DNA of 63,695 nt, counting the filler, from Octopus bimaculoides (Eukaryota): NCBI RefSeq assembly GCF_001194135.2. It is 8 parts of 7 records of this genome, joined end to end, with 100 filler letters (N's around TTAATTAATTAA, not from the genome) between each part and the next. Parts side by side here need not be neighbours in the genome. Positions count along the whole stretch, not along the records: positions 1 to 18,082 come from NC_068992.1; positions 18,183 to 27,019 come from NC_068982.1; 6 more parts are not named here. One strand, 5' to 3'. The position numbers and the translations under genes were made by a program. This document shows positions 13,401 to 25,217 of the stretch, one piece after another. A model generated the notes under the pieces. The model was not told the DNA's origin. It saw only the letters and a program-made list of their open reading frames with translations, and did not search any database. Each line of letters begins with the position of its first letter. Position 1 is the first letter of the stretch.

Positions 13401-15471
13401 TACGCTCACTGGGTCTGTCATATATAAAAAAAAAAACATCCTGTTTTTAGTTCACACCAATATGTGGTAACATATACATATAATCTCGTTCTACTAGAAA
13501 ACAAATATTGTGAAATCTTCGTAAAATTACAGCGGCCATTTACAAGAAGAAAAAAAAACACATATAAGATAATCTTACATTCGCAACCCTCAAAAAAATA
13601 TTATAGACTTGTGTCGACCAGATTGCCTTCAATCATAGATCTGTTTGATAATATTTGATATGAAATATTCAGTAAAGTTGTTCTATGATCTAGGTAGATT
13701 GATGATGCACTAAAAATTTCGCAGATGCCTACATATCAAATGACAGCAGTATACGTATAATTGTTTGTAAACATACATACATATATATACTAATATCTAC
13801 ATACCAATATATTTATGTGTGTATGTGTGTCTCTATGTGTAAGTGTGTGTGTATATGCATGCGTCTATGTATAAATTGTATATATATATAAATGTATACG
13901 ATACATATGTATATATATTTATATATATATATTATATGTACATATATATATCTTATGCAATATAAATATTAGTCATAATATATATATAATCTTTATATAT
14001 GTGTGTATATATATATATGTATATATGTATATGTGTATATATANNNNNNNNNNNNNNNNNNNNNNNNNNNNNNNNNNNNNNNNNNNNNNNNNNNNNNNNN
14101 NNNNNNNNNNNNNNNNNNNNNNNNNNNNNNNNNNNNNNNNNNNNNNNNNNNNNNNNNNNNNNNNNNNNNNNNNNNNNNNNNNNNNNNNNNNNNNNNNNNN
14201 NNNNNNNNNNNNNNNNNNNNNNNNNNNNNNNNNNNNNNNNNNNNNNNNNNNNNNNNNNNNNNNNNNNNNNNNNNNNNNNNNNNNNNNNNNNNNNNNNNNN
14301 NNNNNNNNNNNNNNNNNNNNNNNNNNNNNNNNNNNNNNNNNNNNNNNNNNNNNNNNNNNNNNNNNNNNNNNNNNNNNNNNNNNNNNNNNNNNNNNNNNNN
14401 NNNNNNNNNNNNNNNNNNNNNNNNNNNNNNNNNNNNNNNNNNNNNNNNNNNNNNNNNNNNNNNNNNNNNNNNNNNNNNNNNNNNNNNNNNNNNNNNNNNN
14501 NNNNNNNNNNNNNNNNNNNNNNNNNNNNNNNNNNNNNNNNNNNNNNNNNNNNNNNNNNNNNNNNNNNNNNNNNNNNNNNNNNNNNNNNNNNNNNNNNNNN
14601 NNNNNNNNNNNNNNNNNNNNNNNNNNNNNNNNNNNNNNNNNNNNNNNNNNNNNNNNNNNNNNNNNNNNNNNNNNNNNNNNNNNNNNNNNNNNNNNNNNNN
14701 NNNNNNNNNNNNNNNNNNNNNNNNNNNNNNNNNNNNNNNNNNNNNNNNNNNNNNNNNNNATAAATATATACATATATATTTATACATATAGAATTTCTGT
14801 TTATATATATATGCGTGTTCATATTTATATACATATATATATTATACAAACGCACACACAGAGACACGCATACATACATTCATAGCAAATAATTTTAAAG
14901 TATATTGGTATAAAATAAAAAAAATAATAACTAGAAAAAGAGATATGAATCTATACGCCTCCGCCGCTTAATATCATCAATTTGGAATCATTAGAAATTG
15001 AAATTTATATTTAGAATCTATGATGAAAGAATTTTGGAGCGTTTTAGGTTTAATTTATCTTCAATTTGTGATTTTCTTTGGAAGAAATGCATCCTGAATA
15101 GTCAAAAATGCAAACATATTCCAGGATCAATTGAATTCAAATGCAAACATTTTGGAAGCTCTATGTATCAATTAAGATTAATCAGAAATTTTAGAAATGT
15201 GTTACTTCCTCTAAGTATATTTCTGATGTAATTACTGATGTAAACCTAACTGCAATTGACACCTGACGAAATAGAAAACTTACATGCCGAACAAAATTTC
15301 GATGCGCTGTGTATCCTCAAGAACACACGAAGACAGTTTGGACTTGCTTTCTTTCTGTTCGGTCTTCTCAATCTTTGGATCTTAGCAACGTTCAAATGAT
15401 GATCCAATACAATACACGCACACACACACACGCACACATACACACACAAACACACTCACACATACACGTAT

Positions 15472-15546
<75 letters not shown>

Positions 15547-15671
15547 CATAAATACACACACATACACACTCACACATATATGTATTGTATCGGATCATTT
15601 GAACGCTAGTAAGACCAATCATTCTATAAACTGAAGGTCGATGAATTCAGTATGTCCATGGGTTTAAAGCG

Positions 15672-15882
15672 GTATGCTGGCAGAACCGCTACCACGCCGT
15701 GCAATATGCTTAGCGGTATTTCGTCCGTCTTTACGTTCTGAGTCGAAATGTCACTGAGGTCCACGTTGCCATTCATCCTTTCGGTGTCGATAAAATAGGA
15801 ACTAGTTGAGTACAGGGGTTGACGTATTCGATTTTTCCGTTACCCCGAAGTTTCTCGCCTTGTGCCAAAATTTGAAACCAAT
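15672..15882 (+). mobile_element. Diverged family B SINE
   Basis: gctggcagaacc...tgcttagcggtatttcgtcc...ttcatcctttcggtgtcgataaaat...ccttgtgccaaaatttgaaacc. Confidence 0.8.
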
Positions 15883-18126
15883 ATTTGCATCGTTCATGAA
15901 TGCATGGCAAATGAATGAATCGTCGAGATGCCACTCGGTTGTTATGAAGCTCTATTTGTAAGCACGTGGGCTCTGGCCTAGTGCCATTACAGAGCACTTT
16001 TGGCACGTGTCTTCTAGAATAAACCCGAATCAACCATTACCGAGAAACGTAAGTGGAATCTCACTACACTAGGTAAGATTTACGCAAGGGCATGCTATTT
16101 AATCTCTTCCAGCAGTATACACTACAAGCCACATGTGTAGCTAAACACCAACGAATTTGGTTATCATGACGTAAAAATCTTCTGCCATTACTATATTAAC
16201 ACCTTTGAAGGACCACTTCGCTACGGATACGTGCAAATATCCCATGAGACCCTATGCGGTACAAAATGCCGGTGAAGTGAGTAAAATGTAACTACTCTTC
16301 AAGGTAGCGCGAGCAACCTATCAACATCCTGTATGAAAAAGTGGGCTTCAAATTAGAAAAAATTGCCGGTGTTACTTTCATAGCATTAATGCTACATGGT
16401 CTCAGCTAACTAGCAAAGCAGTAACATACATAAGCTATCTTAGATTTGTCTTACTCTACCTCAAATAACTGCTATGATCGATGTCTCCTACGCTAAAACG
16501 ATTCCTTACATCATATATATATATATATATATATGGATATCTGAAAAATTTACTAACTACACTCTATCTTTAGGACAACGTAAATAAATAAAATTAACGT
16601 ATGTACTCTATCTCTGTTGAACACCACGGAGATTTTTCCATACTTTTAATATTATAAACCATAAAAATTTTATGCCTGTATATTTATTTTACATCTGCAT
16701 TTCAATGTCACGTCTTACGCATTTTACATTTCTCTTTCTATACATTTATTTAGGATTTTACCGCACACTAATTAAATTTTCATTTTCTCGGCCACTAGAT
16801 ATTGAACCGTCTGGAATATTTATTTTGACATCAACTAACAAAAACTCAACCTGCATGTAAAGCTCTTTGAGGTTTTGGATTCTGCAGAATCTATATTCTT
16901 TATACACCCTACTCCACATATACGGATTTTATAATCTGCTATTACATAATCTATGAAAAATATCCACGACATGGTTGATTGTCTAGTGATTATAATCGAT
17001 TGTGGTCTATATTCTGAGTATGTGTCGTGAAAATCTAGAGTGTGAAAAATTTGGATATCTTAATTGGAGCTATAAGAATTCATTAGCAAACAAATGAAAC
17101 AACAATTGATATTTTAACGTTATCTTTCAGTAATACATTAGAATTACTTTGATATGTAATTCTTAGCGAGAGAAGTGAAGGTGTTTGCCGTATTTACGTA
17201 TTCAATTTGGCACAAACGTGATTTGGAGGTTAATATATTTGAAAACACAGTAAAGGGTAAAGACGTGTTTGCAATTATTTGGATTCAATACTTTGCAGAA
17301 ATTAAGAATGTGCCAGTTATCTTGCAGAAATGCAATTATCAAGGAATTTATAGTAACTATAGAATGAATTGACTTGTGGCTAATTTTGACATACGATGGT
17401 TGTGCACCACGTTCCACTTATACGATGAATGATGTTAAGTTAACGACTGATGTTTCTGCGAAATTCTACCTCAAGACATTTGATCTTACTATAAAACCTA
17501 TAATAGCCTCCGTTACACACCGATACACATATGCTTTATTACTTCTAATCATTGAGATCCTCGAAAAATATCTAGCGTTAACAATTAGCTCCAATGAAAT
17601 GAAGATAATTAGAAATAATCACATAGCCATGGAAAATATCATCTCATACTATAAGAATATATATTGATAAATGACTGGTCGGTAATAAAACTCATTAATA
17701 TTAATGAGAAATATAATATTTCATTCATTACTCATATGTTGCATCAACGAAAAGGAAATTAGAGGTTGTAACATTTATGCATTTCATAATGATTATTAGT
17801 AATATTTTAAGTGAATCTAAAATTGATAATGAATTCTGATGGCAGAATTTGACAGGTCTAAATGTTGACTATGTATAAAACAACTCTACTTACAAACAAG
17901 CTTGTAATAATTGCATACAGTCTTTACTGATCGAACTTCGAATTCCACTTGCAAGTGTGTCCTAATTCAGCCATTATACCAACCACCTGCATTACAACGA
18001 TGGCAACGACGACTACAAATTTACTACTAGTAATACTACTGCTGCTGCCGCCGCTGCCGCTGCTGCTACTAATGCTACCACCNNNNNNNNNNNNNNNNNN
18101 NNNNNNNNNNNNNNNNNNNNNNNNNN

Positions 18127-18138
18127 TTAATTAATTAA
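18127..18138. other. Assembly gap linker TTAATTAATTAA (also 27064, 40738, 46334, 51983, 58070, 62582)
   Basis: Each of the 7 copies has exactly 44 N on either side (100 bp total). The 12-mer has stop codons in all six frames. Artificial. Confidence 0.95.
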
Positions 18139-18363
18139 NNNNNNNNNNNNNNNNNNNNNNNNNNNNNNNNNNNNNNNNNNNNTTATATTTATAAATATAT
18201 ATGAGCTTTTAAATAAGTTCTCCACCAATAATGGTGCTTTCATACCGATGGGCTTGGTAAAAAATTGTTAATTGTTAATTGATTTATTAATTAATAAATT
18301 GATAATCCTTTACCCTTTTAATTTGTAATAATTATATATATATATATATATATTATGGGCTGT

Positions 18364-18700
18364 GAAGGCACATGGATCAATGGTTAGAGTGTTGAGCTTA
18401 CAATCATGAGGTTGTGAGTTCGATTCCTGGACTGGGCTGCGTATTGTGTTCTTGAGCAAGACACTTTATTTCACGTTGCTCCAGTTCACTCAGCTGTAGA
18501 AATGAGTTGCAGCGTCACTGGTGCCAAGTTGTATCGGCCTTTACTTTTCCCTTGGATAACATCAGTGGCGTGGAGAGGGGAGGGTGGAATGCATGAGCGA
18601 CTGCTGGCCTTCCACAAACAACCTTGCCTGGACTTGTGCCTCAGAGGGTAACTTTCTAGGTGCAATCCCATGGTCATTCATGACCAAATGGGGTCTCCTC
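18364..18700 (+). mobile_element. tRNA-derived SINE family C
   Basis: A-box-like tggatcaatggttagag, B box gagttcgattcc, then a cttgagcaagacactttatttcacgttgctccag core. Confidence 0.7.
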
Positions 18701-18701
18701 C

Positions 18702-18865
18702 TGATGGGCTTCATTCAGTTTCCGTCTACCAAATCCACTCGCAAGGCTTTGGTCGGTCCAAGGCTATAGTAGAAGACACTTGCCAAGGTGCCACGCAGTG
18801 GGACTGAACCTGGAATCATGTGGTTGGTAAGCAAGCTTCTTACCACACAGCCACTCCTGCTCCTA
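18702..18865 (-). mobile_element. SINE family A (5' half), CpG-decayed
   Basis: Reverse complement of the ggcgcaggagtggctgtgtggtaag...gaagcccgtcg head seen at 25691 and 50862. Confidence 0.85.
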
Positions 18866-18929
18866 AATATTTTATGTTCCGTATTCTTTGATATTAGGGG
18901 CTTCTAAGGGCCTTTCTTTCTATAATTTA

Positions 18930-19276
18930 GTTGGCTGGTGCCATGTAGAAAGTAACCATTCTGGTATCACATAAGAAAGTAACCATTCTGGTATCACATA
19001 AGAAAGTAACCATTCTGGTATCATGTAAAAAAAGGGCACCCATGTTGGTGCCACATGAAAAGCATCAATACTGACACCATGTAAAATAGAGAGCACCTGT
19101 GTCGGCACCACATTAAAAAGCACCCAGGGGAGCACTCTGTAAAGTGGTTGGCATTGGGAAGGAGATCCAACTGTAGAAACCAAGCCCCAAACAGGTGACT
19201 GGATCCTGGTGCAACCTTCCAGCTTGCTAGTTCCTATTAAACCATCCAACTCATGCCAGCAAGGAAAGCACATTAA

Positions 19277-19331
<55 letters not shown>
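18930..19331 (+). mobile_element. RTE-clade LINE 3' end with (GAT)n tail
   Basis: agtggttggcattgggaagg..atccaactgtagaaa...ccatccaactcatgccagc...ttaaa(tga)n. Same 3' end as at 20930, 21390, 23100 and 23990. Confidence 0.75.
18947..19027. repeat. 27-bp tandem repeat x3
   Basis: agaaagtaaccattctggtatcacata x3 (last copy slightly diverged). Confidence 0.95.
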
Positions 19332-19333
<2 letters not shown>

Positions 19334-19334
19334 C

Positions 19335-20440
19335 TACAGCTCCATTTCCAGCTCTAGGTGTTTTTTTTGCCTTTTAATTAACCTTGTTTATTCCTTTCTC
19401 CTCACAATCACCTGAACTTCTGTTTTATATTTGTTGACTTCCTTGAAACAGATAACATTTTGTTTTGTTTATATATTAGTGCTCATTGTCTTAATTTATC
19501 TTTTTGTTTTTTTTTTTATTATATTTAGTCTTACATTAGATATTTTTTAATAATGTGTTGCAGTTTGCAGAAGACTTTACCTCCCTTTATTTGTAATAAA
19601 AATAATTTTCTTGAGTCAATTTTCAGATAAAATAACTGTAGTCATCCTACATCATGTTTTTCCTGTCTAGTGTTGCTAATTCACTAAGCATTGTCTTGAA
19701 AATATTATGACTGTAACTTATGAATAGAACTGCTGTAGTATTTATTACCTATAATCTATTAACATTTTATTTTTCATTCAGCTCTACTTTTAGTATTAAT
19801 CCAGTGTGTCTATAATATTCTGTTTTATACTTTTCTGAAGTATTTACAGGTAAATCTTTGATCTTATTCTCTTCTTTCTCTCTTTCTTTATTAGATATGA
19901 CGTTAATGTTTTTAATTAATTTTCCTCCCATCAATGTTGCTTTGATAAATTTTTCTAATTCAAATTTCCTCAAAACAGAAAATGTGTAACTAGTTATTTA
20001 TCAGTTTACAGTATACAGCTTGAAATAATCAATATACAAAACGGGGGTTGATTGTTGTCCCATACAAAAGGGGTCGATTGTATAATATATAGTCTGGTAT
20101 CGAACAAGAATGAAGAGAAAGAGAATTCATGAAATATTCTTTATATAGAAAACAGATTTGTTTTCATAATTTCCTCTTTGCATTACAGAAGTGTTTATCA
20201 TTTATTCTTGATGTGTTTGTTACACCTGTTAACTATTAATTCTACTTTACTTAATGCAAATATTTCCAGAGTTTGTATGGAGGAACATTGTCAAAAGTTT
20301 TCTGTTAGTCAATTCATGTCATATTTAAGAGGTGACAGTACATTTTTGGTAAGACCTAGACTCAAAAGTATGGTTTTTTTTAGGCATGGTCATTAAATCA
20401 ATAGTTTTGGATATGAGCAGCAATGAAAGTGATTGCAGAG
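19335..20440 (-). pseudogene. Old degenerate R4/Dong-clade RT region
   Basis: Minus strand, in collinear order: LNMT*ID*QKTFDNVP (cf. WIDYQKAFDSVP), KFELEKFIKATLMGGKL (cf. FGL.KC.KA....GKL), KTEYYRHTGLILKVELNEK (cf. RKEYYRRVRLIL..ELN.K), MLSELATLDRK. Many stops and frameshifts. Confidence 0.75.
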
Positions 20441-20469
20441 CCTTCAGACTGGTGGCTTTTTGCACCCTG

Positions 20470-20975
20470 ACAGAAGGACGAGTTGGATTTTTATAAATAT
20501 CTGTTGGGCCTCAAAGAGGCAATGACAGGAGACCAGGACCTTTGTGATTGAGAAGGCCCGGTAACTAAAGTGAGATTGCAGCCACACATTGTCTGGCCCT
20601 ATTAAGAATACCCCTGATGCGTTGGGTGTTTTGATATGCTTGAGAAGACCTTTTGAGTCAAGTAAAACCAATATCATGGCTGTGGCCAGTGCCCCCTGAC
20701 TGGCACGTAAAAAGCACCATCCAAATGTGGTTGATACCCAGTCCGCCTGACTGGCTCCCGTGCCGGTGGCACATAAAAAGTGCCAACTGATTGTGACTGA
20801 TGCCAGTATCCCTTGACTGGCTCTTGTGCCGGTGACACATAAAAAGCTCCATCCAAACATGATCAATGCCAGGCCCGCCTGACTAGCTGCTGTGCTGGTG
20901 GGATGTAAAAAGCACCCACTACACTGTCAGAGTGTTTGGTGTTAGGAAAGGCATCCAGCTGTAAAAACATTGCCA
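20470..20975 (+). mobile_element. RTE-clade LINE: ORF C-terminus plus 3' UTR with about 60-bp internal repeats
   Basis: LLGLKEAMTGDQDL..VIEKAR* resembles RTE C-termini (LGL.E.M..DRD.W). It is followed by repeats of gcctgactggctc..tgccggtggcac.taaaaagcacc. Confidence 0.7.
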
Positions 20976-20984
20976 TATCAGATG

Positions 20985-21127
20985 TTTCACAATTTTGATA
21001 ATGTAAATGTTTTAGTTTCAGAATGGCACTGTAGGGTAAATGTGAGAGGCTGAACCTGGTCAGTCTGAACAAAAAAAGGGGTAGAATATTTGGGCCAGAT
21101 ATGGCCGGTTTGAATGCTAAAGGGTTA
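20985..21127. mobile_element. Partial MITE end (..gaatgctaaagggtta)
   Basis: Ends in tgaatgctaaagggtta, recalled as the TIR (taaccctttagcattca) of a common non-autonomous DNA element. Only one end is present. Confidence 0.45.
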
Positions 21128-21344
21128 CAGGTATAGGGGGACAGAGATATGTGCCTTGCTGTAGAGTAGGTACATGGGTACCTAGTTGGGAAAAGAAAGG
21201 AGAGTGAGTTTGGTTTTGTATTTAAGTAAGAAATAATTTTTTTTTTTTTTAAGCTCCCAACAAACTAATTCTACAATTTTAACCCCTTCTGTCATAGCCT
21301 TTCCCCTTATTCCACTAATATTTTTCAGTTTATTTGGTGACGCT

Positions 21345-21480
21345 GTCAGTGCTGGTGTCATCTGAAAAGTACCAAGTACACTTTGTAAAGTGGTTGGCAT
21401 TAGGAAGGGCATCCAGATGTAAAAAAAAACCATGCCAACCCATACCAGCATGGAAAACGGACGTTAAATGACGATGAATA
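21345..21480 (+). mobile_element. RTE 3' tail fragment
   Basis: agtggttggcattaggaagggcatccag...accagcatggaaaacggacgttaaatgacgatga. Confidence 0.75.
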
Positions 21481-22744
21481 TTATTGCCATCCTTTTATGC
21501 TTTGTGTTCAAATCTTACAAATGGTGACTTTACTTCCATTTTATCTTGGGTGGCAGATACCAGTCAAGCACCAAGCCAAGTAAGTCGACACTCCCTTCTC
21601 CTTCAAGACAGTGTCCATCTGCCAATATTTGATTTCAATATTATAATAAACGCTATCATATTGCCATAAGGTTACATGTACGCTAATCTTCGGAGGTCAT
21701 TCTGTAATTCTAACCTCAACTATATTCATCAGCTACACTCCATTGCCATTTTATCAGTCATTTTTATTTGTTGTGACATCACAACAATCGATTGGTGGCA
21801 GCATTAGGATGTCAGATAAATAACTTGTGGTATTTGTCTCATTTCTTTATGTCCCAAGTTCAAATCCTTGCAAGGATCCCTTTGCACTTCATCCTACCAA
21901 GGGCCGATTAAATCAACTATCTGTTAAGAACGGGGTTCGGTTTACTTAACTAAACAATTTGTCGCCGAATTTCTGGCATTGTCTTTGTTTTGTCCTTCAT
22001 TTTTCAGGGGTCAGCGAAATAAAATGCAGGCCTGGTTATTGAGAAGGAAGTATTGATTAATGCTCTCTCCCCCACACACCACTACCTCAATATTGCTGGC
22101 CTTGTGTCAAGACGAAAAACCATCACCACCACCACCACCACCGTCAATCACCCCCTCCTTGTCCTCCTCCTCCTCCTCCTCCTCCTCCTACTACTACTAC
22201 TACTACAAGACAGCAAGTGGAGACCAATCCTCAGAGAGCAAATGTGACCTCTCCATATAAAGTAACCTAAATTGATGCCAACTTTCCCATTCATGGCTAT
22301 ATCCATAATGCAGTATGACATAGCGAGCAGAGTTCAGGAAAAGAGAGAGAGGGAAAGAGAGAAGAAACAGATAACACAAGAGAGAGAGAGGGAGGGAGAA
22401 GAATGGATGAAGGCAAAGAAAGAGAGTGAGTGAAAGACAGAGAGCAAAATTATTGATTTTTAATATGACAGTTTCATCTTGTGGTGTTTGATTTTTCATA
22501 GACGAATTTGATTATTTCTTTTTGCTTTGTGTGCATGTGCGCATGTGTGCATGTGTGCCTGCATATGCGTATTTAGATTCCTAACTAACAAGGAAAGAAA
22601 GGAAATATATGTATATTTCATGAATGAAATTGTCGTTTTTCTGGCGAAGGTAAATTCAAAAGTCACCATGTGTATATACAAGTGTATATACTTCATTTCG
22701 ATATAAATATATCTGAGTAGATGCAATTATGTGTGTGTATAAAT

Positions 22745-22775
<31 letters not shown>

Positions 22776-23084
22776 CGTGGATGCACACACAGCTGGACCT
22801 CAGGTTTCGAACATGGTAAATGCTTTTATTTTTCATTCTCTTCAAAATTGCTCTTAACAGTGGTTTCGACTTTTTGACTGCTCCTTCTAGCATGTAAGGC
22901 AACTTGTTACGGCTCACCTCTTTTGTGTTTAAATAGCAGTGGTTGGGAAGCACTGCTTTAGCCTCTCAGCACTTGCCATGAAATTATCTCCTTCTTTAGT
23001 ACAAATCCATTCAGTTGAGGAATCTTTTTCTTTGTCTTCTGGGTTACTTGATGACCTCTCTAGTTCTTGTGTCATGGAAAAAAT

Positions 23085-23243
23085 GCACCCAGGTCAACTC
23101 TGTAAAAGTGGTTGGCATTAGGACAGACGACATCCAGCCATAGAAACCGTACCAAAACAAACACTGGAGCTCAATGCAATTCATCTGGCCTGTTGGATCC
23201 TGTCAACCATCCAATCCACGCCTGCCTGGAAGAAGGAAGTCAA

Positions 23244-23276
<33 letters not shown>

Positions 23277-23277
23277 T
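23085..23277 (+). mobile_element. RTE 3' tail fragment with (GAT)n
   Basis: agtggttggcattagga...catccagccatagaaa...ccatccaatccacgcc..(gat)n. Confidence 0.75.
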
Positions 23278-23649
23278 ATAGGTTTGGTAGAACAAACAAA
23301 CAAAAGAAGAAGAACTCAATACATGGGTATACATAGTTTTGAGAGTATCTTTAATCAATGGAAAGTTACAAAAGTGACTCGAGGACTGAGAGTTTCATGC
23401 AGGAGAGTCGTGAGGTTGAGGCGTTAAGCTACCCGATTACTGGTCGACTAAACTGCAAGATCAGCAGTGTTGGCAGGAGTTGTGTACTGTGAGGCAGTGG
23501 TTCTCAACCAGGATCCATATGTTCCCTGGGGGTCCATATAAAATTTTTAGGGGGTCCAAGCAAGCAAAAACGTAAATTAGAGATCCATAGTAGAAATCGA
23601 ACCAAATTCGACGACTGGCACCCATACCAACCTCTCCTTCATTTAACAC

Positions 23650-24122
23650 TAAAGTCGGCTTGTGAAGACCTGTTGTGATGGCACCTGTACCAGTGGAGTG
23701 CTAAGAGTACCATCCGAGTGTGATCATTGCCAGAACAGCTGCCTGGCTTCTGTGCCAGTGGCATGTAAATAGCACCATTTGAGCGTGATCTTTACCAGTG
23801 TCGCCTTACTGGCACTTGTGCTGGTGGCACATGAAAAAAACGTTCGAGCGAGGTCGTTGCCAGTGCCGCTGGACTGACTCCTGTGCAGGTGGCACGTAAA
23901 ATACACCATTTCGAGCATGGCCGTTGCCAGTACCGCCTGACTGGCCTTCGTGCCGGAGGCATGTAAAAGCACCGATTACACTCTCGGAGTGGTTGGCGTT
24001 TGGAAGGGCATCCAGCTGTAGAAACTCTACCAAATCAGATTGGAGCCTGGTGTAGCCATGTGGTTCGCCAATCCTCAGTCAAATCGACCAACCCATGCTA
24101 GCATGGAAGGCAGACATTAAAC

Positions 24123-24153
<31 letters not shown>
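23650..24153 (+). mobile_element. RTE 3' UTR with about 60-bp internal repeats and (GAT)n tail
   Basis: About 5 diverged units (gccagtaccgcctgactggc..tgccggtggcacgtaaaa..cacc), then ggcgtttggaagggcatccagctgtagaaa...cattaaacgatgatgat. Confidence 0.8.
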
Positions 24154-24155
<2 letters not shown>

Positions 24156-24694
24156 AGTAATAATTAAAATTTTGATTTAGATGTTGTTATTTCGCCAACA
24201 TCAGAGCAAAAGTTTATACTCTTTAAGCAGAATATCAACCAAACACAGAACTGGATCTCTACTGATCAAAAACAAGGATCAAAAAATTTGACAAACAAAA
24301 GACCTCAACCATCAAGAATGTTGGGCTCTTGCCAAACAAAAATATCTTACCAAAATATCCGTAAAAGCACCATTCAAAATATTTGATTACAGACGGAAAA
24401 ATAAAGTGACATCCTTAAATTTATAACTGATCTTAACTTAACTCTTTGCCATAAAAACTGATATATACAAAGTAATTTTAACTTAAAGCAGTTCAAATTC
24501 TCACAAGCAAAATCAGCAACGAGGAATCCTCCCTCATGCATTATGACAGAAATTGTAAAAACATTTTATTATCTTCCTTTTTTTCTAACTCTTTTAAAAG
24601 CTTTATTGTATCGAATATTACTGAACTTTTCATCTTTTCAGATGCTAGGTTGTTTCTCTCACATTTTACATAGTTTAATATGTTTCTTATTTCT

Positions 24695-24920
24695 TTATTG
24701 CCCACAAGGAGCTAAACATAGAGGGGACAAACAAGGACAGACAAAGGGATTAAGTTGATTACATCAACTCCAGTATGCAACTAGTACTTAATTTATAGAC
24801 CCTGAAAGGATGAAAGGCAAAGTTGACCTCAGCAGAATTTGAACTCAGAACATAAAGACAGACGAAATACCGCTAAGCATTTCGCCCAGCGTGCTAAAGA
24901 TTCTGTCAGCTCACCGCCTT
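24695..24920 (-). mobile_element. Family B1 SINE, CpG-decayed
   Basis: Matches the minus-strand copies at 33528-33750 and 29320-29445, with CpG changed to TpG/CpA. Confidence 0.85.
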
Positions 24921-25217
24921 TTAACATGTTTCTGGCATCTGAAACACGTTCTCTCAGAGTGTTATTTTAATGTGGTGTGAAAGAAAGTTGTGAATCTAGT
25001 CGAGTTAATGGTTCCTCATGAAGATAACATGGACGCTGCTCAGGTTTGAAAGATCGACCGTTATGTAAACATCCTCGAGGAATGTGAAGACGCATATACT
25101 CACTGGGTTCCAGTATGCAGAGCTCTCGACTGGTAGCACTTGCATGTGCAAGTCGTTTGCAAAACATCAACTTAACATGTCCCTGGACACTGAAACACAT
25201 TCTCTCAGAGTGATATT
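24921..25217 (+). mobile_element. HERO/NeSL-like RLE retrotransposon fragments
   Basis: In-frame LKHVLSEC...VVNLVELMVPHEDNMDAAQV*KIDRYVNILEECEDA (cf. LxELTVP.E.....A..RK..KY..L..EC). A second TLKHILSE piece lies at 25172-25217. Confidence 0.65.

Noticed and set aside
13953-14885. 200-430-aa ORFs in the track (also 31116, 35745, 41685, 43559, 53343, 58852)
   Set aside because: They stay open only because they span N gaps (X runs).
13801-14911. Inverted repeat flanking the SSR/gap (ataccaatata / tatattggtat)
   Set aside because: Only 11 bp of AT-rich match, compatible with chance.
17175-17667. Adjacent 65-aa and 97-aa ORFs
   Set aside because: Non-ATG starts, no recognisable motif or splice support. 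Expected by chance at this length.
18083-18182. Recurrent TTAATTAATTAA motif (7 copies)
   Set aside because: Always centred in exactly 44 N + 12 + 44 N. It is an assembly spacer, not biology.
19767-19973. Host terminal exon (acceptor ttttctgttttgag plus 68-aa ORF)
   Set aside because: The peptide aligns with the R4/Dong RT region, also seen at 1-228.
20270-20348. 79-nt plus-strand exon (tttccag/...TTG/gtaaga)
   Set aside because: The opposite strand carries the WIDYQKAFD-like RT motif. The splice signals are probably incidental.
22858-22955. Small hAT MITE (right end ggttgggaagcactg)
   Set aside because: The left TIR is degenerate and the flanking 8-mers (gctcttaa / ctttagcc) do not match.
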